NCBI GenBank assembly: GCA_964016885.1
Contig: OZ024740.1
Coordinates: forward strand, 147,932,001 to 147,996,000
DNA: 64,000 nt
Direction of reading: 5' to 3'
From: Eledone cirrhosa
Taxonomy: Eukaryota
Numbering within the stretch: position 1 is the first letter of the stretch; each line of letters opens with the position of its first letter. Positions 37,621 to 51,900 of this stretch are shown piece after piece. The position numbers and the translations under genes were made by a program. Below the pieces are notes generated by a model. That model worked only from the letters and a program-made list of their open reading frames with translations, was not told where the DNA came from and searched no databases.

Positions 37621-39525
37621 ACCAGGTCATGAAGGTCACGGAAAAAGTAATAGCGCAACTAATCAGAGAGAGAATTGATCTAGATGAAATGCAGTTCGGG
37701 TTTGTGTCAGGCAAAAGTACCACAGACGCTCTTTTCATTGTACGACAACTACAGGAGAAGTACCTAGCTAAAAGTAAACCCCTATACTTAGCTTTCGTCG
37801 ACTTGGAGAAAGCCTTCGACAGAGTCCCCCGTTCCATTATCTGGTGGTCTCTTAGAAAACTAGGTGTTGACGAATGGCTTGTGAGAGCTATACAAGCCAT
37901 GTATAAAGAAACAGTCAGTAAGGTTAGAATTAACAACGAATATAGTGAAGAGTTTAGCGTAAAAGTTGGTGTCCATCAGGGCTCTGTTCTTAGCCCCCTA
38001 CTATTTATTATTGCCCTTCAGGCTATAACAGAGGAGTTCAAGACCGGCTGCCCATGGGAACTCCTATACGCAGATGATCTAACGCTCATAGCTGAATCAA
38101 TGACCGAACTAGAGAAGAAATTCCAAACATGGAAGCACGGCCTAGAATCAAAAGGCCTTAAAATTAACCTGGCTAAGACTAAAGTTCTAGTTTGTAGGAA
38201 AGAAAATAAGGCGGCGGTCCCATCTGGGAAATGGCCATGCTCAGTGTGTAGGAAAGGTGTAGGTAGAAACTCCATTTTATGTCCCAAATGCAAAGTATGG
38301 GTGCATAAAAGATGTAGTGGGATCACAGGTAAGCTAACTAAGAACATAGATTTTACATGTGGCCGGTGCTCTGGTGCAATAAGTAGCAGCAAGTGCCCAC
38401 AAAATACTAGCTCCTTCAACTGCGCAGAGGGTTCTATAGAAATAGTGGACAGCTTCCGTTATCTGGGTGACAAAATCAGCAGTGGGGGAGGGTGCTCTGA
38501 AAGTACAGTAGCTAGAGTCAGAACTGGATGGAAAAAGTTCAGAGAGCTTATACCACTATTAGCCGCTAGAGGGTTCTCCCTAAAAATGAAAGGCAGGTTA
38601 TACGATGCCTGCATACGAACAGCAATGCTGCATGGCAGTGAGACCTGGGCATTGGGTGCAGAGGATATACGCAGACTAGAGAGGAACGAAGCTTGCATGC
38701 TCCGCTGGATGTGCAATAGTAATATACGTGAACAGCAAAGCATAAACGAACTAAGGAAAAAATTAAAAATAAGAGGGATCAGATGTTGTTTACTCGAGAG
38801 AAGGCTACGTTGGTACGGTCACGTGATGCGCATGAAAGACGACAGCTGTATAACAAAGTGCAGGGCAATAAAGATAGACGGTAGCCACGGAGTAGGCAGA
38901 CCCAGAAAAACATGGGACGAGCTGATAAATTCCGACCTCACACGCTTACACCTCTCCAAGACAATGTCACTGGACCGAGACCTTTGGCGGTACTCAGTAA
39001 TAGAGAAGACCCGCCTTACCTAAATACAAAGTAAAAACCTACTACAGTCAGTAGGCATCTCTATCAAAACACACCCCCGTCCCACCACCTCCACCCCACC
39101 CACACCGCCCCTTTCAATGTAAAGTTATGTTGGTCCCACAACATCCAGGCCGAAACAAATGAGATCGTGTAGGTGTCACGACAAAAAACACACAGTCCAC
39201 GCTGTAAATGAGTCCGTGTAGGCAACACGGTAAAAACCTCCCAGTCCCACACTGTAAATGTGGTTGGTGTTAGGAAGGGCATCCAGCTGTAGAAAACCCG
39301 CCAGACAGTCCACGCTGTAATGTGGCCGTGTAGGCAACACGGTAAAAACCTCCCAGCCCCACACTGTAAATGTGGTTGGTGTTAGGAAGGGCATCCAACT
39401 GTAGAAAACCCGCCAGACAGTCCTATGCGAGCAAGACAACCACTCTTGCCTCAAGTGGGAAAACCCCCGTCCAAACCCATGCAAGCGTGGAACACGGACG
39501 CTAAACCTGATGATGATGATGATGA
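37621..39525 (+). mobile_element. RTE-clade LINE (family B), second young copy, 5'-truncated
   Basis: Near-identical to 26579-28372 in opposite orientation. RT frame 37623-39023 (QVMKVTEK...EKTRLT*). 3'UTR has an internal duplication. (GAT)n tail. Confidence 0.97.
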
Positions 39526-41231
<1,706 letters not shown>

Positions 41232-41874
41232 ATCATCATCGTTTAACGTCCATATTCCACGCTTGCATGGGTCTGGACGGGAGTTTTTCCACTTGAGACA
41301 AGAGTGGTTGTCTTGCTCGCATAGGACTGTCTGGCGGGTTTTCTACGGCTGGATGCCCTTCCTAACACCAACCACATTTACAGTGTGGAACTGGGAGGTT
41401 TTTACCGTGTTACCTACACGGCCACATTACAGCATGGACTGTGTGTTTTTTTGTCGTGACACCTACACGACCTCATTTGTTTCGGGCTGGATGTTATGAC
41501 ACCAACATAACTTTACATTGAAAGGGGTGGTGTGGATGGGGTGTGGGTAGTGGGACGGAGGTGTATTTTGTTAGAGGTGCCTACTGACTGTAGTAGGTTT
41601 CACTTTGTACTTAGGTAAGGCGGGTCTTCTCTATTACTGTGTAGCGCCAACGCTCTCGGCCCAGTGACATTGTCTTGGAGAGGTGTAAGTGTGTGAGGTC
41701 GGAATTTATCAAGTCGGTCCAGGTTTTTCTGGGTCTGCCTACCGTCTATTTTTATTGCCCTGCACTTTTTTATACAGCTGTCGTCTTTCATGTGCATCAC
41801 GTAACCATACCAACATAGTCTTCTCTCGAGTAAACAACATCTGATCCCTCTTATTTCTAATTTCTCCCTTAGTA
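41232..41874 (-). mobile_element. RTE family B 3' fragment (ORF C-terminus plus 3'UTR)
   Basis: [29 protein letters not shown] followed by the same 3'UTR as the 26579 copy. Confidence 0.9.
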
Positions 41875-42504
41875 CGGGTGTATATATAGTATTAGTATAT
41901 ATACATATATACATATATATACACACATATCTACATGTACACACATATATACAGAGTGACATATACATATATATAGTTTTTACTTTTTTTTGTTTTTGAT
42001 TCTAACCCTTCTTCTCCCCTAGCCTTGAGTCTTAATTTTTTCTTTAAATTAGATATCATCAACCTAAGCTCATTATGTAATTACCTGTATTCTCACCTTC
42101 ATCATTTATAACATCCCTCTTGTTATTCAAATGTTTTAGTGTCATTTTATTCTTGATAATTTATTTTATTTTATTTTATTCACTTAGCATGACAAGTGAC
42201 GCAACTCCTTGTAATGGACCCTCATACTAGCTAATCTCTCTTGAGTTTTCTCCCTTTAATATATTTCTCTGTTGAATAACATTTCTACCAGAATTCACTG
42301 CAAACGGAAGTAAGTCACTTTTATTGTACAGGAAGTAGTTGCTACTAAGTCATATGTCTAATAACGTTTATGTTTAACAGCTCTGTGTTTTTTTTTTTAT
42401 TCCTCTAATAATTTATCACATATTCCCTTATTTGAAATTATCTGACACTAAGTAATGTGGGTTAACAAGATTACACAATAAAGATATGTTTATATATATA
42501 TATA

Positions 42505-43090
42505 ATAAATGTAATCTGAGTTTTTCGAATATTAATAATAACATTCGATTCGTTTGCAATTATGCAAACAAGCCTCAAATGTTATTAATATTCGAAAAAC
42601 TCAGATTACATTTATTGTATTCAGCCATGTAGAGCGAAAATTTTCTTTTATATTTGAATTTGGTAAAGCCGGCCATTTATCGCTCGTATACAGGAACTGA
42701 CTGGCCAGTCTGCTGATATGCAAATCTGGCTTATCAGTGGATCTGCTAATATGCAGAGCTGACTGATCAGCCAGTCTGCTAATATGCAAATCAGGCCAAT
42801 CAGTCACGGTCTATTTTGAAAATAGCATATATTTTCACTAGCTCTGACAAGTTTGGCAGGTGAACAATGAGCTGTACTGATGAAGGGTGATACCCAGAAA
42901 CATTAGTGTCTGCAGTTCTGTTCACATGCCAACAACACAAGAGCAAGAATGAAAGGTTCATTCTACTAATATGGCTATAAAATTGAGGCTTGTTTGCATA
43001 ATTGCAAACGAATTGAATGTTATTAATATTCGAAAAACTCAGATTATATTTATTGTATTCAGCCATGTAGAGCGAACATTTTTCTTTTTT
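42505..43090. repeat. PLE-like element with direct and inverted terminal repeats
   Basis: ~42571-42650 is repeated directly at ~43016-43090. ~42505-42571 is an inverted copy of ~42983-43053. Confidence 0.8.
42869..42918 (+). ncRNA. Type I hammerhead ribozyme motif
   Basis: GAGCTGTA-CTGATGA-a-GGGT(gat)ACCC-a-GAAA-CA(ttag)TG-TC-TGCAGTTC. 8-bp stem I, GUC cleavage triplet ending at 42910. Confidence 0.75.
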
Positions 43091-44139
43091 ATAGTATATA
43101 TATATATATGTGTGTGTGTGTAATTAAGAATCCCTCTACCATCACCCATTATGATTATCACTCAATCTTTGCTCTTAACCATAATTTTGTCTGCTCCTTG
43201 AGTCTTTTAGCTGAGATCTATCACTCTCAGCACATTTCTCAGTTGCTATACATCACTCACTCACTTCTACCATGACACAACCCTGTTGCTATCCTACTAC
43301 ATTGCTCATGCTGCTTCTACTAGCACCAACCACTGTCCATCTACATCTTCAATGCTGTCACTATGTTTCACCCATCACACACAAATTCATATACTATCCC
43401 CTTTCAACCATTTGGCCATCTCTCTCCTTTGAATCACAGTTTAAGTCACAGTTACCTTTATAGAACAAAGACTATGTGGAGTGGAGAGACTTGTTCAGTT
43501 TTTCAGGATCTTTACTAAGGGCATAATAGTTTCTCTTGTGCTGGTGCTACGACAAAGTACACTCTGTAAAGTGGTTGCTGTTAAGAAGAGCAACTAACCA
43601 TAAACAAGTTTCATGGTTTAGAAGATTTGTAGTTTATTTAAAAGACAAGTCAGGTTGTGTCTAGGTATTAGGCTAAAGAATACCACTTCAAAAAAAGTCT
43701 CATCCATTACTAATTACTAACAGCCTCATTCTGGTTGCATAAAGATGGCACTACTCATGAATGAGGTGCACACGTTTTTACCAAGAAACTTAAAGTCAAT
43801 CTACACACAGTTCAGTCTGTACGCATATTTTGTCATATATCTTAAATTCTAATTTGCCTGAGTACTCTAATCTTTGTTTACCAAATATTTGTAAAATTTT
43901 TTCCAGATGCAAGCCAAACATATCCTCTCTATCTTAGTTTGGTCATTAGTGATGTTAACTTGGTAGAAGCCTCTGTAATTAGTCAGCTTATGGTGGATAA
44001 GAATGATACTCTTAATATCTGATAGTCCATTTAAATAATTTTCATGTAAAAAGCAATTTGCCATTCTGTATTAGATTAGTTTAAATCTATTGCTGTTGGA
44101 AATTTATGAATCGATATTTGTTGCATGTTTAGATTGTAT

Positions 44140-44900
44140 ATCATTATTTTATGTCTGTTGTTCCATGCTTGCATGAGTTGGACAGGTCCTTCTCAGTACA
44201 GCAGCTCTCCACTTCTCATATTCCTTTTTCATCTCCTCCATGATCTGAGATCAGCTTTCACGACTTCCATCCAGATCTATTGTGGCCTTCTTCCACTGGG
44301 ATTACTTAGCACTTCTTCACCTAACCAACATCATCCATGCGTATCATATGGCCATACCAGTACAGTTTCCCTCCTGCACACTACTTTATTCTCTCTCAGT
44401 TCCTCCATGCTTTGTCATTCTCACACATGAACATTGCACATCCATCGAAGCATGCCTGCCCCATTTTTCTCCAGCCTTTGCATATCATTTGCATTCACTG
44501 CCCATGTCTCACCATGATGCAGCATGCTACTTCACACACAGGCCTCATACAATCGACCTTTCGTTCGTTGGGAGAAACACTTTGTTTATACTATAACCTC
44601 TGTGTACCATCCTCCACTGCTAATTATATCACTTAGGCAGCAGAAAGTATCAACATTTCTATGGATCCTCCCTGAGATTGGAAAAGGTTTATATTATTTA
44701 TTTTATTATTATTATTGGCACCCTTACAATTAATCGACCCTGAATATCTACTACATACAAGTCTTCCTTTCCTGCTAGTCTGCCTGTTATCCCACTACAC
44801 CTCTTGTGTATGGAAGATTTGCATTGTATACACTATATAGAGTTTATGCCTACGCCTTTTCTATATATTGAGCAAGGCCACTTTCCTGATGAGATTGGAA
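44140..44900 (-). pseudogene. Degenerate RTE LINE 3' relic
   Basis: Reverse strand shows SGKWPCSI.RKGVGINS, GRLYEACV and WYGHM remnants plus an RTE-type 3' end. Confidence 0.75.
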
Positions 44901-46205
44901 CCCTATATATATATAGTGAGTTAATTGGGATCTTTTCTAAAGGATCCAAAGATGATTAACCCTTTTGTTAACATATTCATAATGGAATACCCAGCCTACG
45001 GTTTTCGAATTTTGAAAACAATCAAGCATTCAGAGGAATTTAGTAATCTTCTCAGTATTAAGCTCGTGTTTGGAGGATAAATTAACAAAGGTTCTAACAT
45101 AAAATTATGAAGGAAGGTTTTTAGATAAACATAAACATCATCATCATTTAATGTCTGCTTTCCCTTCTAGCAAGGGTCAGATGGGTCTACACAGACCAAG
45201 TCAGTACTGAAGCGGGGTTACTGACCTTCCAGACAGGCTGGGGCTTCTGCATCCTGCTTAATGTATGGTAGTATCGAGTGTAGAGGAAAAATTGTCATGT
45301 TTTTTACACAAACTAAAGGGTCCTCCTAACCCCTTATTTAGCAAGCTTTCTATGGCTGGATACCCTTCCTAACAGCAACCACTTTACAGCATGTACTGTG
45401 TGCTATTATTGTTTAGATCACCAGCACTAGGTGATGTCCTTGACACAACTAAAGAGTCATCCCAACCCTTTGTTTGGCAAGCTTTCTGTGGCTGGATGCC
45501 CTTCCTATCACCAGCTACTTTACATGTACTGGGTGTGTTTATCATGTAGATCATCAAAACAAGAGAGGTTGTTGTGTCTGACACAATTAAAGAGTCCTTT
45601 TAGGCATGGTTCCTATAGTGCAACGCCCTTCCTGTTGCCAACCATTTTTATGGTATGTACTTTGTGCATTTTCGTGGCACCATCACTAGGGAAGTTTTCA
45701 TAGACCTAATTGTAGAGCCTTCTCAGCTCTGGGGAGGGGTAATAGGGGAGGGATTTAGGTATGAAGTTATAGGTTTATGTGGGAATGTGACAGGGCAATG
45801 AGTAAAGGGTAGGGGGTGGCTGATTAGTGTACGGAGAGAGGTGTGAGGGATGTGGTCAATGGGGGGGGGGCAAAATAGAAAGCTAGGTAGAGAGTAAGCA
45901 ATGAGTAAGAGGTAGGGGTAACTGATTAGTGTAAAGCGAGAGAGGATATAGTGGAATGGGGGATGTTGTTGATAGAGATAGGGGTGGTTTGGTATCAAAA
46001 GGGTTAATGAGAATACCAATCAAAACAGAATATATGAAGTTAAAATTCCATTCAATATTTTGCAACTCAGGAAATTATCATCTTTTCATATAATTTGCTT
46101 AACTATTAGAATCAATTGAATGGGTTTGATACTGTGGATATTTTCACAAACTTTTGGAGCAAACATTTAAACACTTTAATAATTTATGTCATGTTTACAG
46201 TAAAT

Positions 46206-46391
46206 AATTTTCTACTTTAGGCACAAGGCCAGCAATTACCCAGTACATTACTGGTACTTTATTTTATCGACCCTGTAAGGATGAAAGACAAAGTTAACCT
46301 CGGCGGGATTTGAACTCAGACTGTAAAGGGACGTAACTATGCTAGAAAGCATGGCGTCCAACCCTCTACCGATACTGCCAATTCACCGCCC
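46206..46391 (-). mobile_element. SINE family 1 with 15-bp target-site duplication
   Basis: tttacagtaaataat at 46194-46208 and 46392-46406. Confidence 0.9.
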
Positions 46392-47006
46392 TTTACAGTA
46401 AATAATGAAATAGGGCTGATATCCAGTTTCTGCTACGAAGTACAGTAATGTGAATTGCCTTTGATTTAGACCTTAACTAACCAGTCATCACAACTTATTA
46501 GTTTTTGTGCACACAAACTCAATGATGAGTTCCAGATAAGCATATTAGCATTATATTTCCAAAGTTTCAGTAGAGTTTACATACATGGTACATACATAAT
46601 TAAATACCGTGAGTCTACTAAATTCAAGTCTTAGTGAGGTCAAGACATCCCTATTAAATCAATAAAAAGAACTTGCAATTGCCATATCTGAGTAGCCCTG
46701 CTCAATCAAATCAACAAAAAACTTCATGTTTTAATATCTATTCTTATATGATATATATGCTGTGTCAGTCTAGGTTTAATGTTATACTTTAATTACTGTT
46801 TAGGTGTGACAAATCTATTTTTATATGGAAAATGCTGCCCTAAAATTCCTATCTTAAAACATAGTATGCATTTTTAAAATAAGGAATTTGTTGGTGGAGA
46901 TTTAGTTGCTGTACTGAACAAATTTTGTTAGTGTTTCTTTGATCAACATCTCCCATTTAATTTATTAAGCCATAAACTTGATCAAAAGAAATTATTATAA
47001 TAATAG

Positions 47007-47174
47007 GAAGACCACGAAAAACATGAGTGGAGGTGGTGAGAGCAGAGCTCAGATCGTTGAAGCTCACAGAGGAGATGACGAAGGTCCATGACAAGTGGAG
47101 AAATGGTGTGCTGAATAGGACTCGTCCCGCCCTTGCAAGCAGGGAAAAGTGGACGTAAAAGCGAATGTAAAATG
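47007..47174 (+). mobile_element. RTE family A 3' terminal fragment
   Basis: GRPRKT*VEVVRAELRSLKLTEEMTK.HDKWRN.VLNRTRPALASREK, matching the 23445-23600 region. Confidence 0.85.
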
Positions 47175-47223
47175 ATTATAGAATATCAACATTGTCCTTG
47201 ACATATTTTGGAGACACACACAC

Positions 47224-47270
<47 letters not shown>

Positions 47271-47271
<1 letters not shown>

Positions 47272-47564
47272 TAATAAAAGAGAAAAGACAGGTAAGCATT
47301 AAAAAAAGCATTTTATCCAGGTATTTACGACCGTTTCATTGGTAAGTGCAACCTTATATCGCTATACTGCAAATAGCAGCCACTCGATAATAACTGTTAT
47401 TCACCTCCAAATTTTCAAAATAATGAATAAGTTACTTGTAAAAGGTTCTTAGAGTGGCTGCTATTTGCAGTATAGATATAAGGTTGCGCTTACCAATGAA
47501 ACGGTTGTAAATATCTGGATAAAATCCTTTTTTTAATGCTTACCTGTGTTTTCTCTTTTATTAT
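47271..47564. repeat. Fold-back element, ~115-bp inverted arms
   Basis: 47271-47385 versus 47452-47564 reverse complement. Confidence 0.9.
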
Positions 47565-47581
47565 TTATACTCTGGCACTTC

Positions 47582-47922
47582 GGCACATGGCTTAGTGGTC
47601 AGAGCATTGGCCTTGCAATCAAAAGGTTGTGAGTTCAATTCTCAGACCGGGTGATGTGTTGTTTCCTTGAGCAAGACACTTTATTTCACATTGCTCCAGT
47701 TTACTCAGCTGTAGAATTGAGATGATAGGGACTGGTGTCCCTATCATTCCACTGCAAAGTGGTCGTGGAGGTGCCACGGCAAATAAAGCACCCAGCACTC
47801 ACTGTAAATGAGGTTGGTGTTAGGAAGGGCATCCAGCCGTAGAAATCAAGCCAGAATCAGTTCCCGTCCCACCCTTGCAAGCAGGGAAAAGCAGACGTCA
47901 AATGATGATGATGATGATGATG
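47582..47922 (+). mobile_element. tRNA-derived SINE family 2 with RTE-derived tail
   Basis: A-box TGGCTTAGTGG and B-box GAGTTCAATTCTC. 3' end cgtcccacccttgcaagcagggaaaagc.gacg.aaa(tga)n matches the RTE family A 3' end. Confidence 0.88.
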
Positions 47923-48199
47923 ACTCCAAGATTGCACGGGATTTACTAACCAGATTCTTGCAAACTTGTGGAGTTACCCCTAACCATACGTTGAAAACTG
48001 TCCAAGAAACTGGCTATCTTAACCATGAACTGGATTACAATAAGCAATTTTCTGCTTTCCTAACTATATATATATATACATACATACATACACACACAAA
48101 TTTATATATATATATGCATACATACACACACACACACACATATATATGTATGTATCTGTGTATATATATATATATTATACACACACACACACAGATACA

Positions 48200-48906
48200 T
48201 TGTAGGTCGCTTTAACCAATCCTTTATTATTCAAAACACTTCTTGCCAATAAACATTAACCCTTTGTGTGCCATTCATCTAACTGTAGACCAACAAATAC
48301 CAAGTAAATGGAGCGTTGACAAGAATGATGGTGAATGAATCTTCGAGGTAAGCAGTTTCCTCTCGAGCTGTTAGTTCATGTGGGATTCTCTGCTACACCT
48401 TTTCGTAATAATACCGAACAACGTACTGCTGGTCACTCCTTCCTCCAAAAGCCGTACAAAGCGGACATGTGCATCAGGTAGATGGATCGGGTGCAAATCT
48501 ACACCAGGCCTACGCGAGAAATTCGCAAGGGACTGCATCGAGAGGGATAGAGAGAAAGAGTAACTTAGTGGAAAGAGTGCGAATGAACTTTTGAGGTAAG
48601 TAGCCTACGCCTTACTGCTATGGCACTGGAACCTTCTCCCAACTTAACTTGTGACTTTCTCTTTCACATTTACTCCAAAAGGCCAAAACAGAGGAGTATG
48701 AAAAGAAGGGGCTCAACAATATTTCTATGAACAATGCACGTAGACAGCTAAACTGTACTTTCAACTTCTTAATTTTCTCCAAATAAAACAAGTTTCCTGT
48801 CGGTATATTTTCGTGAGTTTTTAATAGGTACTCACAAATAAATGTTTCTCATTGGAGGAGCTATTACCAATGTTCTTACCCGTGCAACGCCAGGATACAC
48901 TGCTAG
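48200..48906 (+). mobile_element. Probable non-autonomous Helitron (3' end clear, 5' end uncertain)
   Basis: tacccgtgcaacgccaggata hairpin (48878-48898) followed by CTAG|T at 48903-48907. Confidence 0.55.
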
Positions 48907-49309
48907 TGTAAATAAAAAAGACAACACTTTAATTATAGAATATCAACATTGTCCTTGACATATTTTGGAGAGAATAGAAAGTTCAAGTTAGCTTTATCCC
49001 TTTTCTTTTTTGTTCTTTTTTTAGTTAGATATTAAAAACATTATTTTAAGTCAGTGACCACATCCAAAAGAGTAACGTTATGGTTGTGATTTTTAATTTT
49101 CTTTTAGTGGAGGTATAGTGCTAGTAATAATTTGTATTTGTTTTTTGAGAGAAAAGAAATATACTTCATAAAGTGCTAACTACCAAGTTCTTGCTAATCC
49201 TGAGTTTTGGGGTTCAAACGCTACTGCATGTTATTGTGGTGAATAATTCATTAAAAATAAAAATCTACTCCACCAGTCAATGGGCCCAAGCATATAAATA
49301 TAGGGTATT

Positions 49310-49590
49310 ATTATAGAAGAACCCTACCCACCTGAATTTTAGAAGAAAACATTTATTTTCATGTGCTATCAAGATGCTCAATAATTTTACCAGGAAAACA
49401 GATCATATTCATTGATAACATGTGGAGAGAAAACTCCGAGGAGGGGGTATATTCGGTGAGGGGACCACCCAATCCCCTCCGTTTTCTGGTAAAAAAAAGT
49501 CGATTGTGAGCATCTTGGAGGTTAGATTAGTTGATAGCACACACACAAAAAAAATGTTTCCCACTAAAATCTAGAGGGGGATGTTCTATA
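49310..49590. mobile_element. Old MITE-like imperfect inverted repeat
   Basis: Blocks tgtgctatcaa, aagatgctca and ttttaccag.aaaac recur as reverse complements in mirrored order. Confidence 0.5.
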
Positions 49591-50159
49591 AATTTACCAA
49601 ATATATAGAATACCATCATATGAACACATTATTTATTTTGTAAAAGAACTGTTTAAATGTACTTTATTCTTATACTCAATGATTTATGGTCTATTAGAAA
49701 TTTAGAGATACACAAGTATTTAGTGTGGAAAGGAAACATGAACTTCGAAAGTTTGTGTATGATGTGTGCCCATAGCAAAAACTGGAGCAAGCAAGCCAAG
49801 AATTTTAATGTTGTCATTTTTTTAAATTATAAGCTCAAATATCACTAAATAGGTGTGTATATTATTTGTTTATATTTCCAAGGGCATAAAATGGAAATTA
49901 AACATATTTTAGGTTTGGTAAAATGAACACCATTTTTACTAGAGTTGATTTTGGGACTAAGAACTTAATCATATCTTTGACGCAATTGGCCAATTTGGTA
50001 AGGACAAATATATCATGGGAGTTGAAGTTCAACAAGTCACTTAAGATCAAAATAACTAATGAGCAACTGACACTGGGAATGGAGAGGAGTACTCAATACA
50101 GGAAATGAATACCATCATCTAATTACACCTATTGCTTGTCTTGTTGAGATTAGAATGCC

Positions 50160-51420
50160 TAATGGCATTGGTCCTTATCAAAACTAATGAATATTTAGTA
50201 TGCAAGTAGGTGTTCATCAAGGCTCAGTCCTCAGTGTTCTGTTTATTATAGTTCTCAGTCCATTACAGAAGAATTTAAGATTGGCTGTCCTTGGGAATTT
50301 CTGTATGCTGATGACCTAGTTTTTATAGTTGAGTCTCTGACAGATCTATAGAAGAAATTCCAGACATTGAAACAAAAGGATTCAGAGTAAACTTAAAAGA
50401 TTAAAGTTTTGGTAAATAAATGGAAAAGAGGACAAGAGTGTTGCATCAAGGAAATAACCATGTTCAATATGCAGAAAAAGAGTAAATAGTAATTCCATAT
50501 GCTATACTTAAAAGAATCAGTTCCCGTATGAGCAAGACAAGGTCAGCCGACTGGACACTTCCCACAACAGGACACCCCGTCTAACCCATGCTAGCGTGGA
50601 AGAACGGATGTAAAACGGTGATGATGATGATGATGATACTCATTGAAAAATCTGGATACAGAGATGTATTCATCATCATCATCCAGTTTTTTTTTTATAT
50701 TATGCAGGGCACAATTCCTAAGTAGGGAGGTAGGCTTAGTATATGAAACTCTGTATATGGCAGATGCATGAGGGTAGTTAGCAGTAAGAGTACAAATAAA
50801 ATAAACTCTTTCCAATAAAAAGAAAGGCTCCATAAAAGTAACTGACAATTTCTGTTGCCTAGTTATCCAATTAACAGTAGAGGATAACATAACAGCCTGA
50901 ATGAGAGCAGGGTGGAAAAAGTTCAGGAAGCTACTACCTCTGTTGGCAATGAAGGGATTCTCTCTTCATGCAAAGGGTAGATTGTATGATCCTTGCATAT
51001 TATGTGGAGTTTTATGAGGCAGTGAGACATGAGCTTTGAATGCTGGGATATGCAAAGGCTAGAAAGAAATGAATCAAACATGTTTCTTGGATGTGTAATG
51101 TTAGCATGTATGAATGACAAAGCACAGATGAGTTGAGAGTAAAACTACATATAAGAGGAATCAGATGTAGTGTGCAGGAGAAAAGATTGTATTGATACAG
51201 ATATGTAAAGTATATGAATGATGATCTTTCAGAGAAGAAGTGCAGGTGACCCAAGCAGAAGAAAGTCACAGAAGAGGAAGACCAAGGAAAAGGTGGTGAA
51301 AGCTGATCTCAAGATGCTAAACCTCACAAAGGAGTTGTCAAAAATAACCTACAAGTTGGGGGATGCTGTATTGGAGAGAACTTGATTCACCCATGCAAAA
51401 GTGGCTGTAAGACAATAAGG
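50160..51420 (+). pseudogene. Degenerate RTE LINE relic interrupted by a family C tail
   Basis: [40 protein letters not shown] and LERNE remnants. Confidence 0.85.
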
Positions 51421-51469
51421 ATGTTGAGAAATATGGGTGTGATTTAACATGATTTTGGATAAGTAGCAT

Positions 51470-51900
51470 CAAAACTTGCTATCTTTAATTCAGTATTCAT
51501 ACCAACCCTTACCTATGGTCATGAATCTTGGGTGATGACCAAAAGAATATGATCTCGAAAGCAAGCAGCTGAAATGGAGTTCTTTGAAGAATCTTTGGAG
51601 TAACATAACTAGACAGAATGTGTAGCTCTGAGATCAGAGAGTCGCTACTTCTCCAAATAGAGAGATCACAGCTCCAATACTATCAACATGTGGCTAGAAT
51701 GTCTAAGGAAAGAATCACTGGACAGATTTTACAGGCAAAACCAACTGGCAGGAGACCAAGGGTAGACCCCAAGCACGATGGCTGACTAACATCCATGAGC
51801 TCGGTTGGTCTTGCTTGGGGATCCAGAGATGGTTACTCCAGACAGGACCTGCTGGAAGGTGAGCTTGAGGACACTGCCCCCATGATCCTCCCAGGAATAA
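51470..51900 (+). pseudogene. Degenerate RTE (Rex3/Expander-like) C-terminal relic
   Basis: SVFIPTLTYGHESWVMT..QAAEMEF and TGRRPRVDP.ARW remnants. Confidence 0.7.

Noticed and set aside
43867-44064. 65-aa ATG-initiated minus-strand ORF
   Set aside because: No recognisable motif or donor site. Such a length is expected by chance.
47582-47650. tRNA-like sequences (also 61969 and SINE family 1 heads)
   Set aside because: No complete cloverleaf or acceptor stem. They are SINE heads, not tRNA genes.
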